From Candidatus Dormiibacterota bacterium (lineage in GTDB: Bacteria; Chloroflexota; Dormibacteria; Aeolococcales; Aeolococcaceae): 64,000 nucleotides of DNA. Position 1 is the first letter of the stretch. Every line of letters starts with the position of its first letter. Shown piece by piece: positions 53,035-62,362 of the stretch. A program made the position numbers and the translations under genes. Location: positions 35,453 to 99,452 of the forward strand of contig CAVYGR010000001.1 of the NCBI GenBank assembly GCA_963768105.1, in the 5' to 3' direction. The notes below the pieces were generated by a model. That model saw only the letters and a program-made list of their open reading frames with translations. It ran no database searches and was not told the DNA's origin.

Positions 53035-54038
53035 TCGCCGTCGGGCCGTGTCGCGGTCCTCTTCGGGAGGACCACAGGAGCGATTCGCCGCTTTCGCAGG
53101 ATGGGGTTGATCGTGTCGTTCAATCCCTCGCCGAGGAACGTCAGCCCGGTGACGAGCAGGACGATGGCCATACCTGGGAACAGCGCCGTCCACCAGTAGC
53201 CGGCAAGGATGTCGTCGATGGCGCGGTAGACATCGTAGCCCCACTGCGCCTGCGCCGTCGGGTTTAGGCCGATGCCGAGGAATGAGAGACCGGCCAAGGT
53301 GAGGATGGCGTCGGCCGCGTTGAGGGTCGCGAGCACCGGCACGGACTGGATGACGTTGATGAAGATGTATCGGAAGATCACCGTCCGTGGGCGCGCTCCC
53401 AGAGCGCGCGCGGCTTCCACGTACACCTCCTCACGCACGCTGATAACGGTGTTGCGAACCACGCGAAAGTACTGCGGGATGTAGACGACGGTGATCGCGA
53501 TGGCGCCCACCAGCACGCCGCCGCCGATGGAGTTCTGCAGGATGAAGGCGATCACGATCGCCAGCAGCAGGTAAGGAAATGCGAACAGCGCGTCCATGAT
53601 CAGGACAATGATCCGATCGAACGGGCCGCCGAAGTACCCTGCTATGAGGCCCAGGGGGACACCGATCAGCACCGAGGCGATGACCGCAAGCACCACCACC
53701 TCGACTGCCGTTTGCGCCCCCCAGATCACACGTGACAACACATCCTCGGATCCGACCGTCGTGCCGAAGAGATGCGCTGCGGACGGGGGTGACTGTTTGG
53801 GAAAGAACACCCCGTGCGACATGTACTGGTTGAAGCCGTAGGGGGAGATCACCGGTGCGAGCACGGCCATGAGCACGAAGATGAGCGTGATCACAATGCC
53901 GATCCACAGCAGCCAACGCTGCAGTCCTTTCGCTTTGAAGATCGGAGCAAGCGCCCGCCTCAGTGCGTAAAAGCGTCCCGCATGGACGGTGAGCCCGACC
54001 TCCTCTGGAATCGCTGGTAGAGAACCGGTGACGGTCAT
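53031..54038 (-). CDS. ABC transporter permease (OppC/DppC-like)
   Basis: The BPD_transp_1-type EAA loop is EAARALGARPRTVIFRYIFINV, with 6 TM helices. Confidence 0.9.
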   Translation of the reverse strand: MTVTGSLPAIPEEVGLTVHAGRFYALRRALAPIFKAKGLQRWLLWIGIVITLIFVLMAVLAPVISPYGFNQYMSHGVFFPKQSPPSAAHLFGTTVGSEDVLSRVIWGAQTAVEVVVLAVIASVLIGVPLGLIAGYFGGPFDRIIVLIMDALFAFPYLLLAIVIAFILQNSIGGGVLVGAIAITVVYIPQYFRVVRNTVISVREEVYVEAARALGARPRTVIFRYIFINVIQSVPVLATLNAADAILTLAGLSFLGIGLNPTAQAQWGYDVYRAIDDILAGYWWTALFPGMAIVLLVTGLTFLGEGLNDTINPILRKRRIAPVVLPKRTATRPDGE

Positions 54039-55066
54039 GTGTAGCGCACCCGCGGATCAATCCATGCGTTGACGAAGTCGATGACCAGGCTGATGAAGAC
54101 GACCACCAGGGCGAATACGGTGATGATGCCCTGGACTGCGATGTAGTCGCGGCCCTGGAGATAGTAGAACAGTTCACTCCCGATCCCCGGCCAGTTGAAG
54201 GTCACCTCCGTGAGCACCGCACCGGAGAGCAGCAGCGCCGCCTGCAAGCCCATCACCGTGAAGATGGGCACGAGCGCGTTCTTGAAGGCGTGCCGATACA
54301 CCACAGTACGTTCCTTCAATCCTCGCGCGCGTGCTGCTTCGACATAGTCACCGCGAAGAGTCTGAATGACATTCACCCGCACGAGACGGATGGTGACGCC
54401 GGCGATCACCAGCCCAAGTGTGATCGCCGGCATGGCGAGGTGTGCCAGCACGTCGGGGACACACCCCCAATTGCCATCGATGAGCGTGTCGATCACGAGC
54501 ATATTCGTATGCGGGGTGATGCTGACCTCACATAGGACGCTGGCCTGGCTCGACACTGGCAGCCAGCCCAGGATCTCGCCGAAGATGAGCTGGGCGATCA
54601 GCCCCAGGAAGAAGACGGGCGCCGCGTAGATGACGATGCCGAACGTCCGGATGAGTGCGTCGAGCCACGAATCGCGTAATCGCGCCGCCAACATGCCGAG
54701 GGGGATGCCCACGACCAGCGCGACGATCATCGCCGAAATCGTCAGTTCCAGCGTCGCCGCTCCGTTCACCGCGATCACGTCGGATAAGGGGCGATGGTCG
54801 GTGAGCGTCGTGCCGAAATTGCCTGTGACGACGCTGCCCAGGTACTCACCGTACTGGACGATGATCGGCTGGTCGTACCCAGCCTCGTGACGGCGCACGG
54901 CCAGCTCCTTCGGCGGCAGCCGGGCCCCAAGTGCGGCGCTGACCGGGTCTCCCGGGGCAACACGCAACATGATGAACACGAACGTCAGCAGGATGAACAC
55001 CATGGGCACGACCAGCAGGAGCCTGGTGATCAGGTAACGCCGCAGCGACCCGGAGGAGGCAGCCAC
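54035..55066 (-). CDS. ABC transporter permease (OppB/DppB-like)
   Basis: LRRYLITRLLLVVPMVFILLTFVFIMLRVAPGDP and EAARARGLKERTVVYRHAFKNA are present. Confidence 0.9.
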   Translation of the reverse strand: MAASSGSLRRYLITRLLLVVPMVFILLTFVFIMLRVAPGDPVSAALGARLPPKELAVRRHEAGYDQPIIVQYGEYLGSVVTGNFGTTLTDHRPLSDVIAVNGAATLELTISAMIVALVVGIPLGMLAARLRDSWLDALIRTFGIVIYAAPVFFLGLIAQLIFGEILGWLPVSSQASVLCEVSITPHTNMLVIDTLIDGNWGCVPDVLAHLAMPAITLGLVIAGVTIRLVRVNVIQTLRGDYVEAARARGLKERTVVYRHAFKNALVPIFTVMGLQAALLLSGAVLTEVTFNWPGIGSELFYYLQGRDYIAVQGIITVFALVVVFISLVIDFVNAWIDPRVRYT

Positions 55067-55090
55067 GGGCTAAGACTAGCTCCCGAGATT

Positions 55091-55125
55091 CCCCGCGCGT
55101 GGGTGTCCTCGGCCCACGCGCGGGG
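55091..55125 (-). promoter_or_regulatory. Strong intercistronic GC stem-loop between the binding-protein and permease genes
   Basis: CCCCGCGCGTGGG-tgtcctcgg-CCCACGCGCGGGG is a perfect 13-bp stem with a 9-nt loop in the 68-nt gap. There is no U-tract. Confidence 0.6.
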
Positions 55126-55134
55126 ACGGTGTCA

Positions 55135-56775
55135 TTACGACCGTCCGATAAGCCAGAAACGGAAGGTGTACGACGGGTCGAGCGTGCTCTTCACGCCGGT
55201 GATGGTGTTGTGTACCACGGCGAGCTGCCCGCCCTGCCAAAGCGGGATCAGGGGCGCGTCGGCAGCCGTCAATGTCTGGAGCTGGGCGAAGATCTGATTG
55301 CGCGTCGTCTGGTCGGTGGCAACCTCCTCCTGGTGGATGAGTGAATCCACCGTGGGGTTGCAGTAGTGATCGTTCATGAACGGCTGAGCACCATTGCAGC
55401 CGAGGTAGAAAGGCGACGTGTAGTCATCAGGATCCGGGTAGTCGGGGAACCATCCGAGCTGGTAGAAGGCGAAACCGTTGTTGGCGAACCCCGACGAACC
55501 ACTGTAGGCAGTCCACGGCTCCGTTTGGAGAGTCGCGTTGAAGAGACCACTGGCGTTCAGCTGGCGCATATAGTCGGTGAACTCGTCAATCGATGCTGCC
55601 TGATAGTGGTCGCTGTTGTACCAAAGCGACATCGACACGGGCGTCGATACGCCAGCGGCCGCAAGCACCTGCTGTGCTTTTGTCACGTCCGGCGTCGTTC
55701 CGTATTGTGATGCGAAGGCTTCAGTGTGACCCTGGAGTCCCACTGGGATGATGGAGTACAGGGGCTTTACGGTGCCGTCATAGACATCCGTTGCTACCTG
55801 CTGACGGTTGATCGTATACGCGATCGCCTGTCGAATGGCCAGCTTTTGAGCCGCTGTGCCCCCAGGCTGTGTGTGAAGGTTGAACACAAGGTACCGGATC
55901 TCGATGCCCGTGCCCTGATCAATGGTGAGCCCGCTCACCGCCTGCAGCGTCTTTACGTCGGTGGGCGAGAGACCGCGATAGGCGATGTCGACGGCGTTAG
56001 TCTTGACGTCTTGCACCAGCGTGGAGTCGCTCTTCTCATAGCGGATGATGAACTCCTTGTTGTGCAACTGGTCATCGCCTTTGTAGTTGGGGTTGGCGAC
56101 AAAGTCGCCGATGCCCAGGCCCTTGTCGAACTCCTTGATCTTGTACGGCCCGCTGCCGATGGTGCTGGCGTCCGCAAGTAGTTTGGTGGCCGGGAACACC
56201 GCGTGGTCTACGATGGCGCCCGCGCCGGTGGTCAGCACGTACGGCCAGACCGCGTCAGGAGTGGAGAGGGTGAACGTCACGACATTGCCTGATGCGCTTA
56301 TCCCGGGGGTGCAATGCGGAGGCCCGGGCGGCGTTGGGCAGATCGGAGCCAGCAGCGACGACGGCCCGTTGGGATCGTTGATCTTGAGGATGCGGTCGAA
56401 CGAGTAGACGACGTCCGCTCCTGTGACAGGGTCGCCGTTGGAGAACTTGAGCCCGGGCTTGAGGGTGCACACATAGGTTGTCGCGCCCGTCCCTTGCCAG
56501 CTGCAGCTGGCCGCATCGGGCACGGGTATGGTGCTGCCGACAGGGATCTTGATGAGCGTCTGATAGACGTTGTAGATGACCGTCCAGGACGGGAGGTCGT
56601 ACGAGCCGGCAGGGTCAAGCGACACGACCGAGTCCGTGGTCCCCAACGTCACTACAGTGTTTGTGCTGGTGCTTCCGCTACTGGGGCTGCTGCCGCCGCT
56701 GCCGCATGCAGCCGTGCCGACCAAGGCGGACACGATCACGGCTACACCGGTGCAACGCGATTTGCTCAAAAGCAA
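55135..56775 (-). CDS. ABC transporter substrate-binding lipoprotein, family 5 (OppA/DppA-like)
   Basis: The TTG start is preceded by AAAGGAGGA. The lipobox is LVGTAAC. The SBP_bac_5-type body is 546 aa. Confidence 0.9.
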   Translation of the reverse strand: MLLSKSRCTGVAVIVSALVGTAACGSGGSSPSSGSTSTNTVVTLGTTDSVVSLDPAGSYDLPSWTVIYNVYQTLIKIPVGSTIPVPDAASCSWQGTGATTYVCTLKPGLKFSNGDPVTGADVVYSFDRILKINDPNGPSSLLAPICPTPPGPPHCTPGISASGNVVTFTLSTPDAVWPYVLTTGAGAIVDHAVFPATKLLADASTIGSGPYKIKEFDKGLGIGDFVANPNYKGDDQLHNKEFIIRYEKSDSTLVQDVKTNAVDIAYRGLSPTDVKTLQAVSGLTIDQGTGIEIRYLVFNLHTQPGGTAAQKLAIRQAIAYTINRQQVATDVYDGTVKPLYSIIPVGLQGHTEAFASQYGTTPDVTKAQQVLAAAGVSTPVSMSLWYNSDHYQAASIDEFTDYMRQLNASGLFNATLQTEPWTAYSGSSGFANNGFAFYQLGWFPDYPDPDDYTSPFYLGCNGAQPFMNDHYCNPTVDSLIHQEEVATDQTTRNQIFAQLQTLTAADAPLIPLWQGGQLAVVHNTITGVKSTLDPSYTFRFWLIGRS

Positions 56776-56954
56776 CTCGAGTCCTCCTTTGGGGCTACCA
56801 GACCACAGCCCCTGCTGTCTCCAGGCCTACCGAGGTCGTTTGACCACGGTTTGGGGCAGCAGGGTAGCAGGTGACGAGAGGCTTCGCCTCCCCCGTTGGA
56901 GGGATTTCCACACGGGGCCAGGACTCGACCGCCTCGCTGCGAGGCCATCCTGCG

Positions 56955-57030
<76 letters not shown>

Positions 57031-57103
57031 AGGTCATGGTACCGGGCGGCGACGGAGGAAGCGACCGCCGGATTGCCGGCCGTCGTGCCGCTCGAGGACG
57101 AGG

Positions 57104-57120
57104 ATTGCAGTCGCTGCAAT
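57104..57120. promoter_or_regulatory. Inverted repeat ATTGCAG-tcg-CTGCAAT, candidate operator
   Basis: This perfect 7-3-7 palindrome lies in the relatively AT-rich divergent region between tRNA-Ala and the 57232 gene. Further ATTGC(A) words occur at about 57072, 57129 and 57202. Confidence 0.25.
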
Positions 57121-57231
57121 ACGGCTCGATTGCACCCGTGTGTCTCGGTATCGGACAATGCGCGGGTCAGCAAGCGCCGCCGGCAATGGGTCGCCTGCGA
57201 TTTGCATCCACTCCCTGTTCCCAGGAGCTAC

Positions 57232-57729
57232 ATGCCTGACGCCGGCGACCGCGATGTGGTCTCGGGCGCGACCTCGCCGGTGCTGCAGGCGGCCGAGCGG
57301 CTGGTCACGCGCATCGAGGCGCTGGTCAAGCAGGTCGCCGAGCTGAAGGCTGACAACGCGGCGCTGCGCCGCGAGGTGCGTGCCGCTGTCGCGCTCCTCG
57401 AGCGGGCGGGCGACGCGGCGGCCCCCGCACGCGCGGCCAAACGGGCGGCGGTGCCGGCCGTTCGCCACACCAGGGGCCGCCGTCGCGGCAAGGGTCCCAA
57501 GGGTCGCGCGACTCCCGCCTCAGTCACCCCCGACATCGTGCTCGCCACGATCGGCAAGCTCGGATCCGCCACCGCATCGGAGATCGCCAAGGAGCTGAGC
57601 GTTCTGGGTGACCAGGTCTCCGGTCGGGCAGTGCGCTGGCTCGCGGAGCGGGCAGGGGCATCCACGTCCGTCGGTGAGGACGGACAGCTCAGATACCGGC
57701 TTCCTGGGTCGCCCCCGCGGCCCGTCTGA
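57232..57729 (+). CDS. Hypothetical protein: coiled coil, basic linker and a C-terminal winged-helix-like domain
   Basis: An AGGAG RBS lies 5 nt before ATG 57232. LQAAERLVTRIEALVKQVAELKADNAALRREV is a coiled coil. RGRRRGKGPKGR is basic. ATIGKLGSATASEIAKELSVLGDQVSGRAVRWL looks like an HTH. Confidence 0.5.
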   Translation: MPDAGDRDVVSGATSPVLQAAERLVTRIEALVKQVAELKADNAALRREVRAAVALLERAGDAAAPARAAKRAAVPAVRHTRGRRRGKGPKGRATPASVTPDIVLATIGKLGSATASEIAKELSVLGDQVSGRAVRWLAERAGASTSVGEDGQLRYRLPGSPPRPV

Positions 57730-57803
57730 TCGGTCCCGGGTCGCGCGAAGGGGCGCAGTGACAGCGGTGCACGTCGAGCCGCCGCTGCATTACACTGCGC
57801 GGT

Positions 57804-58379
57804 GTGTTGTCTGATGCAAATACACCGCTTGGTCTAGGTAGGCGACGGATCGCTCTCGCCGTCGCGGGTGTTCTGGCCCTCACCGGGGGCGTCGGCTGGC
57901 TGGTCGTCCATCAGTCCGCTGCTGCGGCTCCCGCCCCGGTCGGCGAAACCGTCAATCCGCCCGCCCCTCCGACGGTGCTCGTCTTTGTCAGCGGTGCCGT
58001 GGCACATCCTGGTCTGTATGAGCTCAGCCCCGATGCGCGCGTGGCGGATGCCCTCGCCGCGGCAGGAGGGATCACGACCCTTGCAGATCCCGGGCATCTG
58101 CCCGACATGGCGGGGCGAGTGCACGACGGTCGCCAGATCAACGTGCCGTTCCTGAAAAGCGGAACGACCGCGGCGAAGCTCGATATCAACAGCGCGGCGC
58201 AGGACGAGCTCGACGCCGTGCCTGGAATGCCACCCGGGCTGGGCGGAGAGATCGTTGCCTACCGCGACCAATGGGGCCCGTTCACATCGATGAGCCAGCT
58301 CCATTCGGAGCTCGGAGTCGACTCAGCGACGGTCACCGGACTGGGCCACTACCTCCGCGTCGTCCTGCCGGTGCCGTGA
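57804..58379 (+). CDS. comEA: ComEA-family DNA-binding competence protein (SLBB + helix-hairpin-helix)
   Basis: An N-terminal TM segment is followed by VFVSGAVAHPGLYEL (SLBB) and INSAAQDELDAVPGMPPGLGGEIVAYR..GPF (HhH). Confidence 0.85.
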   Translation: MLSDANTPLGLGRRRIALAVAGVLALTGGVGWLVVHQSAAAAPAPVGETVNPPAPPTVLVFVSGAVAHPGLYELSPDARVADALAAAGGITTLADPGHLPDMAGRVHDGRQINVPFLKSGTTAAKLDINSAAQDELDAVPGMPPGLGGEIVAYRDQWGPFTSMSQLHSELGVDSATVTGLGHYLRVVLPVP

Positions 58380-59872
58380 GGCTCGTTGCCGCCTCGCGCA
58401 CCGGTCGCTGGGCAACGGTGATCTGGGGCGGATTCGCACTCGGGTGTGGGATCGGCTTTGCGGCAGCACTGGCCCCTTGGGTGGTCGCGGCACTGAGCTG
58501 TGCCGCCGCCGGCGCAATCCTCTGCACCGCCGCAGCGGCGTGGCGATATCTCGTGCCCGCAGGCGCCGTCGCACTGGCGGTCCTGGTCGGGGTCCTGCGC
58601 GGTTCGCTAGCGGTCGCGACACCAGGTCCTGGCACCATCGACGGCAACTTCGGGACCCGCCCGGTGGTGCTCCTCGGGGTGGTGCGAATTGCCGACCCGG
58701 GGAGGTCGCAGGTCATCGTCGATGCCAGCCACCTGTCGGATGCCGACACCGACCGCCCGGTGTCGGGGGGAGTACTCGTGAGTGGTCCTCTTGTCCCCGC
58801 GCTGTGGCCCGGGGACCGGGTCGAGATCGACGCCTCGGGCCTGCATACGCTCGATCGCCGGCCCGGTGCCAACTCCGAGGCGACGCTCGAGCGCGAGGGT
58901 GTGGTCGGGGTCGCCTCGTCTCCGCAGGTCTTCGTCCTGAGCGCCGGTGGTCCGTCGCTGGCCGGCGTCATCGCCTGGGCGCAGGGACAATTGACGGGCG
59001 CGGTTGACCGCGAGGTCCCGGCACCCGGGGCCGCCCTGCTTCTCGGCATTGCCTTCGGGATCCACCAATCGCTCGCCGCCGACGTGCGCGCACCGCTGCA
59101 GGACGCGGGCTTGATCCATATCGTGGTGGTGAGCGGATTAAAGGTAGTCCTCGTCATCGGGTTGGTGAGCGCACTGGCGCGAGCCTTCGAGTGGTCGCGC
59201 CGCCGCACCCTGTTCGTCACCGTGCCCGTGGTGGCCTGCTACGTGCTCGTCAGCGGGGCCGGCCCCGCGGCCATGCGGAGTGCGCTCATGGCCGGAGCGG
59301 CTCTGCTCGCGGCAACCGGTGGGCGGCGTACCGATCCGGTGCCGATGCTCGCGCTCGTCGCCGCGCTCCTGCTCGGCCTCTCGCCCGCACTGGTCGGCGA
59401 TCCCGGCTTCCAACTCTCCTTTCTCGGTACCGCTGGAATCCTCCTGCTTGCCGCTCCGATCGCGGAAAGGCTGCCAGGTCCACGCCTGATCGCCGAGCCG
59501 TTCGCGGTGACGGTGGCAGCCCAGCTCGCGACCCTGCCGGTCATGGCCGGGACCTTCGGGGTGGTGGCGCTCGGCGGTCCGCTCGCCAACGCGCTGGTGT
59601 TGCCCCTGCTCCCGGTCATGATCGTCGGCGGTGGAGCCGGCGCCCTCCTGAGCGCGCTGCACCCGGGGCTCGGCTGGGTGCTCCTGCAGTGCACAGGGCT
59701 GGGCACGGTGGCGATCACGGATATCGCCCGCGTGATCACCGCAGTGCCTGGCGCGGCGATCCGGGTTGGAAACTGGCCGCCGGCCTGGTCGGTGGCGGAG
59801 ACGGCCGGCCTCGTCACCGCGTTCGCGGTCTTCGCGGCGGCGAGCCTGCGTCGGCACGCGGTCTCCGCATGA
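58376..59872 (+). CDS. comEC: ComEC/Rec2 competence membrane channel (competence domain)
   Basis: GTG 58376 overlaps the comEA stop. LLLGIAFGIHQSL...DAGLIHIVVVSGLKV...LSFLGTAGILL is present with many TM helices. Confidence 0.85.
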   Translation: MRLVAASRTGRWATVIWGGFALGCGIGFAAALAPWVVAALSCAAAGAILCTAAAAWRYLVPAGAVALAVLVGVLRGSLAVATPGPGTIDGNFGTRPVVLLGVVRIADPGRSQVIVDASHLSDADTDRPVSGGVLVSGPLVPALWPGDRVEIDASGLHTLDRRPGANSEATLEREGVVGVASSPQVFVLSAGGPSLAGVIAWAQGQLTGAVDREVPAPGAALLLGIAFGIHQSLAADVRAPLQDAGLIHIVVVSGLKVVLVIGLVSALARAFEWSRRRTLFVTVPVVACYVLVSGAGPAAMRSALMAGAALLAATGGRRTDPVPMLALVAALLLGLSPALVGDPGFQLSFLGTAGILLLAAPIAERLPGPRLIAEPFAVTVAAQLATLPVMAGTFGVVALGGPLANALVLPLLPVMIVGGGAGALLSALHPGLGWVLLQCTGLGTVAITDIARVITAVPGAAIRVGNWPPAWSVAETAGLVTAFAVFAAASLRRHAVSA

Positions 59873-60657
59873 ACCTCAGAGCGATCGCCGCCGCCGGAGT
59901 GGCTGCCACGATCGCGTCAGGACTGGCGTGGGCCGTCGCATCGCGCCCGGATGGGATGCTACACGTCACGGTCCTCAACACGGGATCATCGACCGCAGTG
60001 CTGGTGCGCTCCGCGGACGGCAGCACGGCTCTCGTCGACGGCGGGTCGTCGCCCACCGGACTGCTCGCTGCGCTCGGGAGGGTGATGCCACCGGCTTCCA
60101 CGCACCTCGACATGGTCGTGTTCACTGGAGGCGAGCCGGCGGCCGCGAACGGCCTGAATGGACTTGTCGGCCACTACACGGTTGGAACCGTGGTGACCCC
60201 GGGAGGCTTGAATCCGGGCGCCAACACCATCGTCGCCGCGCTTGAGAACGCCGGAGCGAACGTGCTGGAGGCTGACGGAGCGGGCTGGTCCTTCGGCGGC
60301 GCTACGTGGAGGTGCCTCGGCTTCATGGCACTCGCGACCGCCCGGAGCATGTGCGTTCTCGTCGTGGACGACCCCAGCGGCCGGGCACTTGTCCTCGGCG
60401 ATGCGGGGACCGCCGACCAGGAAGACCTGTGCGCCGTCTACGGAAGCGCGCTTGACGCCGAACTGGTGGTCGCACCTCCCGGTGGCGCGATCTCGCCGGT
60501 GCTGCTCGCCACCGTGCGACCGTTCGAGCTTGCGGTACCGATCGCCACGGGAGCCCCGGCCTCACCGGCACCCCAGGGATACCCGACGGACCGAACCAGC
60601 ATCGACGGTGATCTCGTCTATACCGGCAGCCCGCACGGCCTCGTACCGGCCGCTTGA
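59869..60657 (+). CDS. ComEC C-terminal metallo-beta-lactamase-fold domain encoded as a separate ORF (metal motif degenerate)
   Basis: There is an ATGA overlap with comEC. LHVTVLNTGSSTAVLVRSADGSTALVDGGSS and LVLGDAG follow the MBL-fold layout, but I did not see the HxHxDH motif. Confidence 0.55.
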   Translation: MNLRAIAAAGVAATIASGLAWAVASRPDGMLHVTVLNTGSSTAVLVRSADGSTALVDGGSSPTGLLAALGRVMPPASTHLDMVVFTGGEPAAANGLNGLVGHYTVGTVVTPGGLNPGANTIVAALENAGANVLEADGAGWSFGGATWRCLGFMALATARSMCVLVVDDPSGRALVLGDAGTADQEDLCAVYGSALDAELVVAPPGGAISPVLLATVRPFELAVPIATGAPASPAPQGYPTDRTSIDGDLVYTGSPHGLVPAA

Positions 60658-60720
60658 GGCGGTCGCGCGCATCGCCTCGTGGCACCGTGGGACGCGCCAG
60701 GCGGCTGCGATACTTCGGGG

Positions 60721-61757
60721 ATGGCCGCGACTCAGCCATTGAATCCATTGACCATGATCCACGGCGAGGAGCGGTTCCTCGTCGATCGTTCTATCCGTAC
60801 GTGGCGCGAGCGGGCGCGGCCGCCCGAGCTGGACATCGAGGTCTTCGAGACGCCGGGCCGGCTCGACGAGCTTCGCATCGCAGTCGCCGAGACCCACTAT
60901 TCGACCCCGAACGGGCCCTCCTGGTCCGCGATCCGCCGCAGCTCACCGGCTCGGCGAAACGTGGCGGCGCGATCCGCCCGGAGCGGCTGGCGGCGATCCT
61001 CGCCGAGCGCGCGCCGACCACCGTTCTCTGCCTGGTCGCCCACGCCAAGGTGCCCGGACGAAACCCCGTGTTGCGGCAGTCAAGGCGATGCACGGCGCGA
61101 TCTCGTTCCACCCGCGGTCAAGGGGCGCGAGCTGCGAGCCTGGGTCGAGAAGGAGATCGCGGCGCGGCAGCTGCGCCTCGGGCCCGGGTCGGTCGAGCAT
61201 CTCATCCGGGTCGCCGGCCCCGACCTCGGCAGCATCGCGTCGGAGCTCGACAAGCTTGTCGTTCGGCGCCGGCGGTCGCCCTTTTCGATCAGCGATGTCC
61301 GAGCTGCTGTGGCTGGAGACGAGGCGACCGGCCTCTACGAGACGCTCGGGGATCTGCTCGGACCCATGCCGGCGAAGGGCGCGGAGTCGATCGACCATCT
61401 GCTCGCTGAGGGGCGCGCCGGGCAATATCTGCTCGCCATCCTGGCCGGCCAGATTCGCGACCTCGTCTTCGCTCAGGCGTACTTCAAACCCATGGGTCTG
61501 CGGGCGGGACTTGCCGCGGCAGATCGGCAAGCCGGACTGGGCCGCGGAGCGCCTGGTGCGCCAGGCCCGGTCGGTGCCGCCCGCCGTCGCGGCAGGCTGG
61601 CTCGGCGCGCTGCACGAAGCCGATCGAAAGCTCAAGACTGGCGAGATCTCGGATACAGACGGGCTGCGGCTGACAGTCCTCCGGGCCGCGGCCGACGTGA
61701 CCGCAGACGACGGCAAGCGGCGAGACTCGAAGCGGAGGCCGCCGCGCCGGGAGCTAG
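60721..61757 (+). pseudogene. holA: DNA polymerase III delta subunit HolA, at least four frame changes; 3' end unresolved
   Basis: Pieces occur in order: MAATQPLNPLTMIHGEERFLVDR...AVAET / PLFDPERALLVRDPPQLTG...TVLCLVAHAKVPGRNPVL / AAVKAMHGAISFHP / VKGRELRAWVEKEI...ELDKLV...LLAILAGQIRDLVFAQAY / DLPRQIGKPDWAAERLVRQARS...LHEADRKLKTGE. Breaks lie near 60893, 61072, 61116 and 61506. Confidence 0.7.
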
Positions 61758-62261
61758 GCGCGGCGTGGGCCGCGACGGCCTTGCTGGTGCTGTTGTTCTG
61801 GCCGGGGCGGTTGCCGCCGCTTGGGTGCCGCCTTCGCCTGGTGGCCCGTCGCGGGTGCCTTTGCCGCCGGAGCCTTGCCCGCAGGCTTGGCGGCGGTTTT
61901 CGCGGCGCGGCCCTCGTCTGCTGTTTCGCGCTCCTGCCTTTCGCACCCCCAGCCGCGGCGGAGCGCGACCGCAGCAGCCTTCGGCGCCCTCGGCCACGTT
62001 CGAAAGGCGAGCGGCCATCGACGCCAGTCGCGACTTGCGCCGGCGGACGTTGTTGGGGTGCAGCACGCCCTTCTCAGCGGCGCGATCCAGGGCGCGGATG
62101 GCTGCGTGCAGCTCGGTGTCGCCGCCGGCTCCGCCCTCGTCGAGTAGCGCGTGACGCGCTTTGATCACCTTGGTGCGGACCGCCGACTTCACGGCGCGGT
62201 TGCGCTCGTGCTTCCGTTCGCTGGATCTGATGCGCTTGCGCGCCGATCGGGAGTTGGCCAT
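61632..62261 (-). CDS. rpsT: 30S ribosomal protein S20; only the first ~88 codons are S20-like and the true 3' end is uncertain
   Basis: MANSRSARKRIRSSERKHERNRAVKSAVRTKV...AAEKGVLHPNNVRRRKSRLASMAARL is canonical bS20. The remaining ~120 codons of the open frame overlap the holA 3' region. A neighbouring frame encodes an AKP-rich tail (AAKTAAKPAGKAPAAKAPATGHQAKAAPKRR) that ends at TAG 61754-61756. Confidence 0.8.
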   Translation of the reverse strand: MANSRSARKRIRSSERKHERNRAVKSAVRTKVIKARHALLDEGGAGGDTELHAAIRALDRAAEKGVLHPNNVRRRKSRLASMAARLSNVAEGAEGCCGRAPPRLGVRKAGARNSRRGPRRENRRQACGQGSGGKGTRDGPPGEGGTQAAATAPARTTAPARPSRPTPRLAPGAAASASSLAACRRLRSRRPRPGGLSAAARLYPRSRQS

Positions 62262-62362
62262 GCTCGCTCTTCTACGTCACTCAATGTCTGGCGATGTCTG
62301 GGCGCGCCGCCCGGGCGGCATAACAGCCAGGGACGCACGAAGGCAGCAGTATATCAGCGTCC

